Shown in pieces: positions 19,179 through 27,679 of a stretch of DNA of 64,000 nt. Origin of the DNA: Paludibacteraceae bacterium (lineage in GTDB: Bacteria > Bacteroidota > Bacteroidia > Bacteroidales > Paludibacteraceae); the NCBI GenBank assembly GCA_045531475.1, contig JAZSEB010000024.1, forward strand, positions 88,017-152,016, given 5' to 3'. Position 1 is the first letter of the stretch, and every line of letters begins with the position of its first letter. Position numbers and translations under genes: made by a program. The notes under the pieces were generated by a model. It did no database searches. It saw only the letters and a list, made by a program, of their open reading frames with translations, and was not told the origin of the DNA.

Positions 19179-20243
19179 ATGATAATTTCTGACTTTCATA
19201 CCACCCTCTCACCTCTGTTGGACTCTGTACCTACTGAGCAAATTTTTTTGCTTGCAGACGTGAATACTGCACAATATTGTTTGCCGATTTTGCTCCAACA
19301 ATATGCTAAACTGCAGCATTCTGCACAGTTGATTTTGCCTATTGGTGAAGAAAATAAATCTATCCATTCGGTGGAAAATGTATGGAACTTCATGTTTTCT
19401 CATCATGCTACGCGTCGAGCGATATTAATCAACGTGGGTGGAGGAGTAATCACTGATCTGGGCGGTTTTGCAGCGGCTACTTATATGCGGGGAATACGTT
19501 TTATTAATATCCCTACTACACTATTGGCAATGGTGGATGCTTCTACAGGTGGTAAAACGGGAATAAATTTTTATGGCGTGAAAAATGGGATAGGTACTTT
19601 CACCCAACCTCTGGCGACATGTATTTATCCGCCTTTCCTTTCCACTCTGCCACCAACGGATATTCTTAGCGGCTTTGCAGAAATGCTCAAACATGGATTG
19701 ATAGCATCTGCTGAGCATTATCACAACTTACTGCAAACTTTAGAATCCTTTTCAGAAAGGACTTCAGGCATAGATTTCTCCGAGATAATAGAACAAAGTT
19801 TATCTGTCAAAAAAAATATTGTATTGGCTGATTTCAACGAACAAGGTCTGCGCCGAGTGCTTAATTTCGGTCATACTATTGGTCATGCTATAGAAGAAGC
19901 CTATGCGGCCCAATCCAAACCGGTAGCACATGGCTATTGCGTGATGTGGGGAATGATTGCAGAGTTATATTTGAGTGTTCTTAAATTGGGTTGCCCAAAA
20001 GCACTTATTACACAGATGTCGCATTTGATGATAGAGCATTATGGACGCCCTTCTTGCAATTGCCATCAACGCCAACAACTCATTGATTGGATGCTTCATG
20101 ATAAGAAAAATATTCTCACGAATGAAAGCGCAGAACCGCTGATATCATTCACTCTGTTGCATGATATAGCCCAACCTGCTATTGATCAGTTTATTTCGCA
20201 AACTGATATCAACGAGGCCCTCGAATATCTATTCAGTCTATAA
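19179..20243 (+). CDS. aroB: 3-dehydroquinate synthase
   Basis: GGGVITDLGGFAAATYMRGI, DASTGGKTGIN, LNFGHTIGHA motifs. Start moved to the ATG at 19179, downstream of the promoter box. Confidence 0.85.
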   Translation: MIISDFHTTLSPLLDSVPTEQIFLLADVNTAQYCLPILLQQYAKLQHSAQLILPIGEENKSIHSVENVWNFMFSHHATRRAILINVGGGVITDLGGFAAATYMRGIRFINIPTTLLAMVDASTGGKTGINFYGVKNGIGTFTQPLATCIYPPFLSTLPPTDILSGFAEMLKHGLIASAEHYHNLLQTLESFSERTSGIDFSEIIEQSLSVKKNIVLADFNEQGLRRVLNFGHTIGHAIEEAYAAQSKPVAHGYCVMWGMIAELYLSVLKLGCPKALITQMSHLMIEHYGRPSCNCHQRQQLIDWMLHDKKNILTNESAEPLISFTLLHDIAQPAIDQFISQTDINEALEYLFSL

Positions 20244-20278
20244 AGCAAGCAAGAGCGCCATGCGCTCTTGCTTGCTTT
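20242..20278. terminator. Bidirectional terminator hairpin between aroB and the convergent lipoprotein gene
   Basis: 17-bp perfect stem AAAGCAAGCAAGAGCGC / GCGCTCTTGCTTGCTTT with loop CATG. Confidence 0.7.
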
Positions 20279-20283
20279 ATAGT

Positions 20284-21624
20284 TTATTCTTCCACCACTT
20301 GATTGACCTTATACTCTATCGTTTGAGTAGGCAATATATGTGGAGAAACAATAATCAGACTATCGCCTTCATTATAACCTCTAGGGATGGATATCTCAAC
20401 AGTGTCATTAGGCATCACACAACAAAGCGATGTGCTAGATTGTGCATCCCCGATAGCGAAGTAAGCATCACGATAGATAGGTGCTATACCTGTATTGGTT
20501 ACGGCTAATCGTGTTTCTTCACCATTGGTGCGGCAGTTCATCACTTCAAAACTATAACCAACAGCCATACCAGCTTCGCGGAAACGATCTACGGTTCCAT
20601 ATATGCCTCCGGTAGCATCGTTGGCAATAATGAAGGTAAGATGATATTTTGCGGAAGCGTCTTCCCATGTCCAACCATACATACCTTCTGGATTTAAGAA
20701 ATTACGCTGATCATTTGAAGTGTAATAACTAATCTCCCCTCCGCATACACCTTTTTGCCAACGTGTGCCTTTTCCAATCTCTTGCCAGCATCGTTCATTA
20801 TATCCATCTCCTTGCTTGATTTCGTGATGTTCGTGCATAAATGAATCATCAAACAAGCCAAAACGTAAAGCCATCAGTTCGCTATCAGCTACGATAGGGG
20901 TATAGCCGCTATCTGCTGCATCAATAGAGATAGCCCAAGGAATATTCATTACATTGCTCAGATGTAGCAAGAATTCTTTTTGATATGCTTTAGAAGGGAA
21001 GTTCTCGCCTAACTTCAAACGTGTACCATAGATATGATATTCAGACCAGTGACCAAATCCTACTTCCACAAAAGCTATACGAGGGTCATTGTTGTATCGC
21101 TCTGCAAAATCTGTATAAAATTGCTTGGTAAACCATTGCAATTCAGCATTTGTCCAATCAGCATAATAGGTAGGACCATCGCCTCCTGCATTCTTGTTAT
21201 ACGTTTCGTTGTAGTTAGGCATATCTTTGATATATTGTGGCACTGCTGTGCTACCGCGATTGTCGCTATCTACTTCGCTGTTGTTCGGATACTCATAACG
21301 GAAACGCAGAACTGCCTGATGGTTACGCGATTGCATATCATTGAGAATATTCTCCAGATACGACCAGTCGTATTGTATTTTACCATCTACTTTGCCTGTT
21401 ACCACACGCGATGGCAAACAATACTGAAATTCCAATGTAATCACATCGGCATAACGTTGACGGGCTGAATGGGTGGTCCACATCACCAGTCCTGTCATTG
21501 GTTGTACTTTGGTCACCTCGCTACTAATGTTCACATAGGAAAAACCCTCCTCCAGTTTTGATTGATCTTGGCATGCATTCAATATACCCCCCAGCATGAT
21601 AAGAAGAAAAAGATAATGTTTCAT
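20284..21624 (-). CDS. Putative glycoside-hydrolase-like lipoprotein (DUF4832-like)
   Basis: 446 aa. Lipobox LNAC. VGFGHWSEYH resembles the GxWGEWH motif I associate with DUF4832; the assignment is from memory only. Confidence 0.4.
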   Translation of the reverse strand: MKHYLFLLIMLGGILNACQDQSKLEEGFSYVNISSEVTKVQPMTGLVMWTTHSARQRYADVITLEFQYCLPSRVVTGKVDGKIQYDWSYLENILNDMQSRNHQAVLRFRYEYPNNSEVDSDNRGSTAVPQYIKDMPNYNETYNKNAGGDGPTYYADWTNAELQWFTKQFYTDFAERYNNDPRIAFVEVGFGHWSEYHIYGTRLKLGENFPSKAYQKEFLLHLSNVMNIPWAISIDAADSGYTPIVADSELMALRFGLFDDSFMHEHHEIKQGDGYNERCWQEIGKGTRWQKGVCGGEISYYTSNDQRNFLNPEGMYGWTWEDASAKYHLTFIIANDATGGIYGTVDRFREAGMAVGYSFEVMNCRTNGEETRLAVTNTGIAPIYRDAYFAIGDAQSSTSLCCVMPNDTVEISIPRGYNEGDSLIIVSPHILPTQTIEYKVNQVVEE

Positions 21625-21698
21625 AAATGTAGGATAATTAAGTGATTAATATGTTGGGATAAAATGGTCTTCGATGGTGGCAGTCCTGCTATTTTATC

Positions 21699-22586
21699 TT
21701 ATCTGCGTGCACCAGTAATACTATAGGTTTGCTCTCCGTATATAATAAGTAGTTCTCCGTTGCGAATTATCTTTTGTGTGTTGGTAGTTGGTGCTATTAT
21801 ATTGTGCAATGCTGTAGGTTGCTCACTATTAATGGTCAAGCCATCTAGTGCAAAATACATCGGGGTGTTTGCTCCGAAATCCCCCATATCGGTCGTAGTC
21901 ATGCGAAAACTCAATCCTGCCGCCTTGCCTAAGGATTTTAGTGATACCTTCTCCCATCCGTTATTCTTCTTTCCGTCTACCGCCAAATAGTATGTGATAC
22001 TTCCAATTTCTTGCAAGTCGCTATCTAATGCGCTTATAATCAATGACAACGTGTCTTGCTCGCTGAATACGTTCGCATTAAATACCCCACCATGAGCAAT
22101 AGCTTCCATCGTATTGCTATTCTGGCAGATATATATGTATTCTGGATAGTAATAATGGTCGAAAAGAATGGTATTTGATGAATAACCTAAAGACTCTGTA
22201 ACCCATTCTGAGAAGTAGCCTATCACATAAGGGGTTCCCACTCCAGCTACTCCGCCTTTAGCCACGCAGCCAAATACATTGGCCGTGTCTTGTGATACCT
22301 TTGATAAGGTAAATCCTTCCCAACTCATACCATTGTACGAATTCTGGCTTGGTAGATGCGAAAGCGCAAAATGTCCATCATTGACATATATTACTCGATA
22401 ACTATCACTATCATTATAAGTATGTTCCCATACATCGGTACAGTCGTAGTATCCATCACCTGATGTGCTGTTATATACCAATGGGATAGAGAGCACATCT
22501 TCTGCCGTACTCAAATCCATGGTAATCACTTCTGCCGATGCTGTCAAAGCTACGATTGATGCAAAAAGAAATATAAGACGTTTCAT
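21699..22586 (-). CDS. Secreted DUF4465-like protein (paralog b)
   Basis: 295 aa. Signal peptide ..ALTASA. ..MSWEGFTLSKVS.. and ..MYFALDGLTIN resemble DUF4465. C-terminal KIIRNGELLIIYGEQTYSITG is shared with 22773..23738. Confidence 0.55.
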   Translation of the reverse strand: MKRLIFLFASIVALTASAEVITMDLSTAEDVLSIPLVYNSTSGDGYYDCTDVWEHTYNDSDSYRVIYVNDGHFALSHLPSQNSYNGMSWEGFTLSKVSQDTANVFGCVAKGGVAGVGTPYVIGYFSEWVTESLGYSSNTILFDHYYYPEYIYICQNSNTMEAIAHGGVFNANVFSEQDTLSLIISALDSDLQEIGSITYYLAVDGKKNNGWEKVSLKSLGKAAGLSFRMTTTDMGDFGANTPMYFALDGLTINSEQPTALHNIIAPTTNTQKIIRNGELLIIYGEQTYSITGARR

Positions 22587-22604
22587 GATTTATCAATTTG
22601 CCGA

Positions 22605-22612
22605 CAAAGGTA
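22605..22612 (-). promoter_or_regulatory. -7 promoter box (TACCTTTG) for DUF4465-like paralog b
   Basis: Exact motif 19 nt upstream of the ATG at 22586. Confidence 0.5.
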
Positions 22613-22706
22613 CAATAAAAAACGCACATTTGCAAGAAGTTTGAATGAAAGTTGAAAATCGCTCGCTATTTTTTTGCAAATGTGCTATTTTCTCCTCTAG
22701 CTTTTA

Positions 22707-22765
22707 GCGGAAGATAAGCGGAAGATAAGCGGAAGATAAGCCGAAGATAGCTTATCTTGAAGCGG
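22707..22765. repeat. Tandem array (GCGGAAGATAA)x3 plus degenerate units, 11-nt unit
   Basis: Three perfect units (22707-22739), then GCCGAAGATAG and a near-palindrome AAGATAGCTTATCTT. Confidence 0.9.
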
Positions 22766-22772
22766 ATGGATT

Positions 22773-23738
22773 TTATAGTTGTTTTCCGTCTATAGTATAT
22801 GTTTTTCCATCACGAATAATCAATATCTGGCCATTGCGAAGAACTTTCTTGCAATCAGTATCCTTAGATGGACTAAATGTGTTTGGCAATGCAGATAAAT
22901 CGTTTTTATCAAAGCGAACCGCTACATCATCGTAAGCGAAATAGCCAGGAGCATTCAATCCCCAGTCGCCATAGAGATCGCGCGAACCAATCATATTAAA
23001 GCCTACGGATACCACCTCGCCCAATACAGATAAATCCCATTTTTGCCATGTAGTCACTACACTATCTAGACCCTGGAACAGGGTAAATGATGTGCTTCCT
23101 ACTTCATTGCCTTGGGCATCGTAGCCAATTGCCAAAATTCTGAAAGTTGTTGTGTCATTAGCAGGAGGATTAAAACCATCGCCATGCACAAGCGAGTTGA
23201 GCACGTAGCAGATATTAGTGACATACATGTGGTCTATCACACGTGCTTTGCCATCTGCGAAAGTGATTTTCTGCAATTCTGGGCACATTCCTGTAGTAGA
23301 ATTATATTCATCTACATAACCCATATGCACGCAGAAATTCTTTGATCCATTATTGCCACCTACAAGGTTGGCGAACTGTAGTTCGTACCATCCCCAAATA
23401 CCCTCTGGCAAGTCCTCTGGTGCATAACCCGGGTTGGTGAAGTTGGAGATAGCATGTCCTCCGCTCCAATATGGTGCTGTAAAACTGTGAGTTAACATTG
23501 TGTTGTTTTCGTCACACCAAGTGTAAACGCCGCCAGAGGTGTAGGTTAGCGTACCGTTGTACTGCGCATCGTCCACGAGGTCGGACCATGTAGAGATGGT
23601 CTTACCGGCATAGTCGAGGGTATAAGGCGCAAACTTGGCATCTGCATCCTCGAATGTTAGGGTTCGTAACTCGTAGTCCTCAGCCATAAGGGCTACATTC
23701 ATCAGGCATAAAGCCGCAAAAAAGAATGATTTTTTCAT
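22773..23738 (-). CDS. Secreted DUF4465-like protein (paralog a)
   Basis: 321 aa with a signal peptide. LRTLTFED.., ..GGHAISNF.., ..GYFAYDDVAVRF. C-terminal KVLRNGQILIIRDGKTYTIDG. Lies downstream of cobalamin riboswitch 1. Confidence 0.6.
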   Translation of the reverse strand: MKKSFFFAALCLMNVALMAEDYELRTLTFEDADAKFAPYTLDYAGKTISTWSDLVDDAQYNGTLTYTSGGVYTWCDENNTMLTHSFTAPYWSGGHAISNFTNPGYAPEDLPEGIWGWYELQFANLVGGNNGSKNFCVHMGYVDEYNSTTGMCPELQKITFADGKARVIDHMYVTNICYVLNSLVHGDGFNPPANDTTTFRILAIGYDAQGNEVGSTSFTLFQGLDSVVTTWQKWDLSVLGEVVSVGFNMIGSRDLYGDWGLNAPGYFAYDDVAVRFDKNDLSALPNTFSPSKDTDCKKVLRNGQILIIRDGKTYTIDGKQL

Positions 23739-23772
23739 GTTGTTTGTTGTTTAAAATGGTTATACAAAAATG

Positions 23773-23812
23773 GTTTAACATTGTTCAACAGTAGTTCAAC
23801 ATTGTTCAACGA
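23773..23812. repeat. Short direct repeat AACATTGTTCAAC x2 in the leader of the DUF4465-like gene
   Basis: tttAACATTGTTCAACagtagttcAACATTGTTCAACga, read directly. Confidence 0.8.
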
Positions 23813-24039
23813 TTATTTGGTTTACGTGTATAACCACACCTCCCCGACCATCTACTTCGAATTTTCCCAAATGCAAAGTAACATGGCAGGATGATGGTCA
23901 AGGGTGTGTGGATAGGCGTTTTGACCCCCGAGAAACACACTGACCATTGGATACAACAAACGGGTGCTTGACCAATCTATCAACCACCTATACGCGTACA
24001 TGCGTACCATAAATACTATTGAAAACCTTTGCGTCATTG

Positions 24040-24240
24040 TCGTTGGCTCGATTCCCCGAGAGCGTTCAACTTCGTCAACATTTTTGTTGACGGCACGCAG
24101 CAGGTCTTCTGACTTATCGCTCCTTTGTTCTGCCTTCCCAACCTACTATAGGTCAGTGACTTTCAAGATATTGAACATTGGATTGCGAATCACAGCAGCG
24201 GGACTGTATAGGAATTACACCTATTTCCCTTGACTGAATG
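24040..24240 (-). promoter_or_regulatory. Cobalamin (B12) riboswitch 1
   Basis: Minus strand reads ..AAGGGAAataGGTGtaAtTCC..CAGtCCCGCTGCTGTga..GTCACTG..GGGAAGGC..gataAGTCAGAAGACCTGC (B12 box). About 85% identical by eye to riboswitch 2. Confidence 0.85.
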
Positions 24241-24245
24241 CGTTG

Positions 24246-24253
24246 CAAAGGTA
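24246..24253 (-). promoter_or_regulatory. -7 promoter box (TACCTTTG) driving riboswitch 1
   Basis: Exact motif immediately upstream of the aptamer. Confidence 0.55.
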
Positions 24254-24336
24254 CAACTTTTTTCTATTTTGTGCAAATAAAACGAAAGAAAAATGAAAAT
24301 TTGCAATCTTTTTTTGCAGATTCATATATTTTTCTG

Positions 24337-24344
24337 TACCTTTG
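24337..24344 (+). promoter_or_regulatory. -7 promoter box (TACCTTTG) for the patatin-like gene
   Basis: Exact motif 15 nt before the ATG at 24359. It lies inside the extended track ORF. Confidence 0.55.
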
Positions 24345-24358
24345 TACCCGCAATTCAG

Positions 24359-25213
24359 ATGATTGATAGCATGAAACTAGGACTTGTATTGGAAGGGGGC
24401 GGTATGCGTGGACTATATACCGCAGGTATATTAGATGTGATGATGGATCATCATTTTGTGCCAGATGTCGTATGTGGTACCTCTGCTGGTGTCACGTTTG
24501 GCGTGAATCTTTTGTCACAACAGCGTGGACGAGTGTTGCGCTATAACTGCCGATATGTAGGCGATAGACGTTATATCAGTTTCTATTCATGGCTTACTAC
24601 GGGTAATATGATTAACCGTGATTTTGCGTATGACCTTTTGCCTCGGGAATTAGATCCTTTTGATGAAAAAACGTTTGAGGAATCCAAAGCTGAGTTTTAT
24701 GCTACAATCACGAATATGCGAACCGGGAAAGCAGAATATGTTCGTATTACCGATACTTGGAAGCAAATGGATGTTATTCGTGCATCAGCCTCATTACCAA
24801 TTGTTTGTAAACCTGTCGAATGGCAAGGAGAAATGTATATGGACGGCGGTATTGTAGATAACATCCCATTGGATAAATGTTTGGAACTTGGATGCGACAA
24901 AGTGATTATTGTGCTCACTCGTCCACAAGGATATGTGCGAAACGAAAATATGGCGTCCATCTGCCGCTTGTTTTATCCGCGTTATAAAGCATTCTTACAG
25001 ACAATCGAGCAGCGAAGCGATACTTATAATGCTCGTATTCAGCAGATCAATCAATTAGAAAAAGAGGGAAAAGTATTTGTCATTCGCCCTTCCCAAAGCA
25101 TTCCTGTTGGACGCCTTGAAAAAGATACCAGTCGCCTTAAAGCACTCCATCAACTAGGTATGGAGGATGCTACGCGTCTATGGAATGATTTGATGAACTA
25201 TATTGCGGAATAA
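24359..25213 (+). CDS. Patatin-like phospholipase
   Basis: GGGMRG oxyanion motif, GTSAG nucleophile elbow, DGG catalytic Asp motif. Confidence 0.85.
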   Translation: MIDSMKLGLVLEGGGMRGLYTAGILDVMMDHHFVPDVVCGTSAGVTFGVNLLSQQRGRVLRYNCRYVGDRRYISFYSWLTTGNMINRDFAYDLLPRELDPFDEKTFEESKAEFYATITNMRTGKAEYVRITDTWKQMDVIRASASLPIVCKPVEWQGEMYMDGGIVDNIPLDKCLELGCDKVIIVLTRPQGYVRNENMASICRLFYPRYKAFLQTIEQRSDTYNARIQQINQLEKEGKVFVIRPSQSIPVGRLEKDTSRLKALHQLGMEDATRLWNDLMNYIAE

Positions 25214-25296
25214 TATATTGCTGTGCGATATAAATCTATTGTTCATTCATCAGATATTATAAGTGCGTAAGGCGAGTGCTTACTCGCCAAATTGGG

Positions 25297-25854
25297 CTAA
25301 AAATCAATATGGCTTTCGTTGTGAAAAAATCCGCAAACCAGCAATAGGTATTCTGGTAGGTGACCTTCTTTTCCCCATAGGAGATCCATACCAAATAACT
25401 CTTTGGTTGTCTTGCCAATATTAAAACCATAGCCTTCCAACGAAGGACGTACTAATTCGGGATGCCGGCATGGCTGGCCATTGGCGCGTGTGCATGTGCC
25501 CTCTGGACAATACAAACAACTGCCTACATATGCAGCAGAAAGGCCATTATATTGTTTCTCTAAATCCAAGAGCTTTTTTTCTAAATTAATTCTTTCTGGA
25601 CGAATGAGTTCACGAGAATTAGTAAGTGGCAAAGCGGTATCCATTGGCGTGATTTTGCATACAATCAATAGCAAATTGCGGTATTGACTTAGACGTTGCT
25701 TAACATCAAAATCAAAGGGCGGACATGCCCAACTCTTGGCATAATTGGAGCACGACTTGCAGCAAGCACCAAAGCGCTCGGCATCGCGGTAGTGAGCGAG
25801 ATATTCCGAAACGGAGATTTGCTTTATGAAATATTGTGTAGTATGGTTTAGCAT
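25297..25854 (-). CDS. DUF2284-like predicted metal-binding (Cys-rich) protein, last gene of the B12 transport operon
   Basis: 185 aa. CCKSCSNYAKSWACPP and CLYCPEGTC..CRHP Cys clusters. Confidence 0.6.
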   Translation of the reverse strand: MLNHTTQYFIKQISVSEYLAHYRDAERFGACCKSCSNYAKSWACPPFDFDVKQRLSQYRNLLLIVCKITPMDTALPLTNSRELIRPERINLEKKLLDLEKQYNGLSAAYVGSCLYCPEGTCTRANGQPCRHPELVRPSLEGYGFNIGKTTKELFGMDLLWGKEGHLPEYLLLVCGFFHNESHIDF

Positions 25855-25866
25855 TGTGTAGTGTGG

Positions 25867-26586
25867 TTAGTGGCGTATTTTGAAGAGCTGCTCAATATGT
25901 CCGCTATGGATCATCTCCTGAGTAGGGAGGTGGTGCATCGTGGGCGAATCGATGAGCGCAATCGTGTCGCAGAGCGACTGGGCAATATCCAGTTCGTGGG
26001 TGGAGAAGATGATGCACTTGTTTTCCTGATGCGCCAAATCAGCAAGCAAATGGCATACTTCATATCGATTGGGCATATCTAGAAACGATGTGGGCTCATC
26101 AAGCAAGATAATAGGTGTTTGTTGCGCCAATGCACGGGCAATCATCACGCGTTGGCACTCGCCATCCGACATCTTGTCCATGGTGCGGAAAGCATAGGAA
26201 GCCATGCCCACTTTCTCCAAGGATTGCATGACGATGGCTTCGTCTTCGGGTTGCATGCGACCAATCCAATTCGTGTAAGGTGCCCTGCCAAGAGCTACTA
26301 CATCGCGGCAGGAGAGATTGGCAATACGAATGCGTTCGGTAGTCACGAAAGCCACCTGTTGCGCCAACAGCTGAGGGGTGATATGCTGAATATCAGTTCT
26401 ATTGATGAGAATATTGCCTTTGAGAAGCGGTTGAGAACCAATAATAGCACGCAGCAATGTGGATTTGCCTGTTCCATTGCGACCAATGAGCGCAGTTGTC
26501 GTACCACAAGTGAAAGTGGTAGATACATTGTCCAATAGCAAGTGCTGAGCGTCGTATCCGAGAGATATGTTTTTGAGTTGGATCAT
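25867..26586 (-). CDS. btuD: ABC transporter ATP-binding protein (BtuD/FecE type)
   Basis: Walker A GRNGTGKST, signature MSDGECQR, Walker B ILLDEP. Confidence 0.8.
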   Translation of the reverse strand: MIQLKNISLGYDAQHLLLDNVSTTFTCGTTTALIGRNGTGKSTLLRAIIGSQPLLKGNILINRTDIQHITPQLLAQQVAFVTTERIRIANLSCRDVVALGRAPYTNWIGRMQPEDEAIVMQSLEKVGMASYAFRTMDKMSDGECQRVMIARALAQQTPIILLDEPTSFLDMPNRYEVCHLLADLAHQENKCIIFSTHELDIAQSLCDTIALIDSPTMHHLPTQEMIHSGHIEQLFKIRH

Positions 26587-26633
26587 ATTCTATGAGGCAA
26601 TTAGGTGATGAGGCTATAAGGCGAAAGGCTTGA

Positions 26634-27638
26634 TTATACAATGGATTTATTGCGAATGACTACCCAAACAACGATAGGAATACCGAGTAAGGCAGTGACT
26701 GTATTGATAGGTAATGTGAGCCATTTGGAGATAATATCGCATCCGAGCAAGACTACAGCTCCGCACAAGGCAGTGGCAGGCAGTAGGATACGATGGTCGG
26801 CATTAGAGAACAGCATTCGTGCAATATGTGGAATAGCCAAGCCCACAAAGCCGATAGGGCCACAGAAAGCCGTTACAGTACCCGCTAACAAGGTGGTGGA
26901 GAGAAATATAAGATAGCGTGAACGACGGACATTCAGTCCCATAGTGCGAGCATATTGTTCGCCAAGCAGGAGCAAGTTTAGTGGTTTGATTACAGCCACC
27001 GAAACGACTAAGCCAATCAATACCGCAGGTAATAGCAGCATGAGTTGGCTACTTGTGACATCGCCAAGCGAACCCATTGTCCAGATAACAAAGGATTTGA
27101 GCGCTTCCTCGTTGCTCAGGTATTGCAGAATCTGTACTACCGCACTCACGCCCGAAGAAATCATCATACCCAGAATAAGGATAACCATGATGTCTTTGAT
27201 TCGGGTACTGACGGAGGCAACAAAAGCGAGAATCAATGCTGCGCCTAACCACGCAGCACCAGCAGTACCGATAGACGAGATGGTGCTATTGGTGGCTATA
27301 CCCAACAGAGGCATACCTAGAATAAATATCGCTACGCCCAAACTGGCACCCGAACTGATACCCAATACATATGGACCTGCTAAAGGGTTGCGGAAAAGCG
27401 TTTGCATCTGCAAACCGCTAACCGAAAGTGCTACGCCTGCCAAGACTGCTACAATAGCTTTGATGAGGCGAATATCCAACACGATAAGGCGGGTAGATGC
27501 GTCCACATCTCCGCCAAATAGCGCACCCAAAATATCGCGAAGTGGGATATGCACAGAGCCGATGAGCAGGTCAAGCACAAACAGGATGACCAGCAGAATA
27601 GATAGGGTGATGAATAATATGGTAGAGCGCTGTTTCAT
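26634..27638 (-). CDS. btuC: ABC permease, FecCD family (BtuC type)
   Basis: 334 aa, about 9-10 TM segments, typical FecCD C-terminal GAVVLLGCDIISK..PINTVTALLGIP. Confidence 0.8.
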   Translation of the reverse strand: MKQRSTILFITLSILLVILFVLDLLIGSVHIPLRDILGALFGGDVDASTRLIVLDIRLIKAIVAVLAGVALSVSGLQMQTLFRNPLAGPYVLGISSGASLGVAIFILGMPLLGIATNSTISSIGTAGAAWLGAALILAFVASVSTRIKDIMVILILGMMISSGVSAVVQILQYLSNEEALKSFVIWTMGSLGDVTSSQLMLLLPAVLIGLVVSVAVIKPLNLLLLGEQYARTMGLNVRRSRYLIFLSTTLLAGTVTAFCGPIGFVGLAIPHIARMLFSNADHRILLPATALCGAVVLLGCDIISKWLTLPINTVTALLGIPIVVWVVIRNKSIV

Positions 27639-27679
27639 TGGTTAAAAGTTTCACGCAGTTGAACTGATTGTTTCAATGT

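Noticed and set aside
23964-24233. 89-aa plus-strand ORF (and 33103..33312) overlapping the riboswitch regions
   Set aside because: Both are antisense translations of the two cobalamin riboswitch aptamers. Their similarity to each other simply reflects riboswitch paralogy.
26944-27645. 233-aa plus-strand ORF antisense to the BtuC permease; similar antisense ORFs at 36594..37364, 17233..18273, 15063..15533, 15976..16843, 7180..7897, 8488..9105, 52503..53483 and 51210..51926
   Set aside because: All are mirror ORFs of genes with clear family motifs on the opposite strand. They have no promoter boxes or independent signals and their translations are low in complexity.
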